Shown: positions 61,501-64,000 of the stretch, in pieces
Layout: each line of letters begins with the position of its first letter
Position numbering within the stretch: the stretch's first letter is position 1
DNA from: Balanoglossus misakiensis
Lineage: Eukaryota > Animalia > Hemichordata
NCBI GenBank assembly: GCA_040954595.2
Contig: CM082581.2
Location: forward strand, 6,130,699-6,194,698
Direction: 5' to 3'
DNA: 64,000 nt
Notes under the pieces: generated by a model
What the model was told of the DNA's origin: nothing
Seen by the model: only the letters and a program-made list of their open reading frames with translations
The model's database searches: none
Translations under genes and position numbers: made by a program

Positions 61501-64000
61501 ATGCAACTCATGGTGTAGATACATATCACTAAATCTAACTGTACGTTTCGGTAAATAACATCTGAAAGCGGGAGAACCATTCCCAGATATTTACATTAAA
61601 ACATATGTTTAAAAAGGGAATCGTTTAATGATCATGTTTTAATATTTTTTAGCTCTGAAGGGTAATTGTGAGTTTATTTTGCAAATACACGATCATAAGT
61701 CTACATTTCTGACAATTATTTGTTTAAGTTTCTCATGCGCAGGCGCGGGCGTCAAATTATCTTTCACGTGAAAACGAGTTGCAGTTACGAATGCATCTAC
61801 ATTGTAACTAACTCACAAGGTTTACATATGCCCATGTATGGTCAAAAAGGTGTTTCGAATGACAATGTAGTGGCGCACTATTTTGCGAGTGACACCCACT
61901 GCACTGTTGTGACTGGCTGTATTTCAATGTTCCGTGATTTAATTTGCATACATTGTGTGGTGACCTTATACAAGTACCTTTAACCTCTGGATATGCATAC
62001 AACTGCATCTGCTTCCCACGGCAGTGGCTGGAGCAATTGGCTCACGATTGTAGGATCGTAAATTCAGTAAGTTCCTACACTGAGGTACTTTACTGGGGGG
62101 TTTTGCGTTTTCAATCCGCTCTGGAGTAATCATGGGTATTTCGTCACATCTGCGAGTAAAAGGGTGGAAATTCCAATCGCCATGTATATCACCAAGTATC
62201 CCAGCTTCCAGCAAGGATCGGTTGCACTGTCAATTTCATTTGGTGCTCGAAAATCAGATAATATACAAATACGCTACAACAAAACGATAAACATGGCAAT
62301 GCTCGGGACATGCGTGGTTGAACATTGTCAACAGACGTTAACATCATGCTAAACTGTGACTGTAACGTTAAGTACATTAAAGTAAACACACAGCCAGCCA
62401 ATTTAGGATTACTGGCCTACGGCAAATGATGAACGACGACGTACAGATTTTAACATGGGCAAATACCTTTAGCATTGTGTGATTTGAATATCATTTAAAC
62501 GAAATAAAAATATTGTCAATGCCCTTTATTTGTGTCATAACTGTGCTATTCGGTTTGTTTTATCTCTTTTATTCGCAGTTCAATGAAGCTACGTGATTCA
62601 TCACAATACAGGGATCGTTTCATTATCTTCGTATTGTTCTCTGCACAAACAACATTCTATACCTTTCCATTTCATATTTTTAAAAAGGAAAGGAAATAAA
62701 TGTCGCGTTTTATTCCCTCGGCTAAGTGTTATATGATTAAGCAATCCCGTTGCGCTGATTCTGTTGACACGAATATTGCTAATTTAGTGAGGCTTGTGAC
62801 GTGGGATCGCCCGCTTTTCAGGGCAAGGATAGACCGGGCTCTCTGTTGTGTCTCGGGGAATACTAGTAAACAAGGCCGCAAAAGTAAAAACTAGTCGCGT
62901 GCATTGTTTCTTTTGTCGGGAGAGTCGGCAGCTCGTTAGTGTTACTGTTTAGGACTACCAGTTGCCCTTGAGCATTGTATTGCCACGGCCCACTCTTCCC
63001 TTGGCGAAGGGAAAGACCTGGGGACGGTGTTATTTCACAACTGTGAATTCTGCTGTCAGAAATACTGAGAGCACCCGAGAGTACCCCGGGACGAGTGTTC
63101 CTCTACTCGTGTTGTCCACCCACTGCACCATCTGCGTGTAAGGCAGTTTCATTTTATCGGTTCTTCTCCTGGGTTTGATCGGCGATCTGATCATCTGGGC
63201 AGGACTGACAACTGAAAGACGTATATACGTGCCAACACCGCGTTGATTGCTCTTACGATACGAGAGAAATATGAGGCGGCCTCGTAATCCCGTAATCCGA
63301 CGTATTCATTGAAGTCCCACATCGACTTGATTACCAGTTTATTGCCATTCGAATACAGTTCACGGATAAGAGAAGGCGGGCATTGATATTCTTCTCTGCT
63401 CCGAACACGTTATACGTTCACAAGTGATTAAACAAACAAGTACATTCCTAGACAGGGCCACGGGTTCGGGCGCACCTAAGGTTAAACAAAATCAACAAGG
63501 CTCTACCGTATATTTACTGTAAGTTTTATTTCGAAACGTTTCCTCGAATTCATTTCAATCGTGATTTTCCGCATGTCCATTACCAATCAACTTATAACGA
63601 CTTCGACATTTCACGGAATACGTCACCTTAGAGTGAGTTGTTCTCGTCGCCCGAGTTATTCTTCTGAAAGTCGCCCTCAGGGGCAAGCGTGTTTACGCAT
63701 ATAACGAAATCCGTGATTGTTTTGCTATTCACGATTATATCATTTGCTAAATCGTCAAATTTCCGGGTTAAAGGTAACCCCTTAAGAAAGAAAACGACCC
63801 GCCAAAGGTACAAAGTCCCATTACAAGAAGTGTTCATAATGCATAAAGTACGCATTTATTTGTCTTTGCATGGAACTGTGAGGCAAGCCGTTAACGACGT
63901 ATTAGGATGTCAAAAATGTCAGGTAGACGTATGGTGCCTTGACAGTTTTTTACGTGTTGCCCCAAACCTTATAGAGACGAATAAATGGTTGGGGAAAACA

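Noticed and set aside
1-64000. CRISPR arrays, tRNA/rRNA genes, prokaryotic operons
   Set aside because: No regularly spaced repeat-spacer array or recognisable structural RNA gene was seen; the sequence is eukaryotic.

Overview
Eukaryotic (animal) genomic DNA with spliceosomal GT-AG introns and microsatellites, and no prokaryotic operons or CRISPR. Gene and repeat content suggest a marine invertebrate deuterostome such as a hemichordate or echinoderm (inference only). Three spliced genes were rebuilt by hand with consistent intron phases. (1) A nicotinic-type Cys-loop channel subunit (+, 4242-7255, signal-peptide exon not placed) that keeps the alpha-type vicinal cysteines but has lost most of the acetylcholine-binding residues. 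(2) AP-5 complex subunit beta-1 (AP5B1; -, 7677-15484, 23 coding exons, 939 aa). (3) A class A peptide GPCR most like the ecdysis-triggering hormone receptor (-, 18287-57609, 420 aa), split by one 38,060-bp intron. The non-coding DNA carries a strongly over-represented TACATGTA octamer (possible Tc1/mariner-type excision footprint, one copy in frame inside an AP5B1 exon). It also has two copies of a TTAA-bounded MITE (one on the GPCR stop codon), three 60-80 bp near-perfect palindromes, RFX X-box motifs and microsatellites. Most other ORFs in the track appear spurious.
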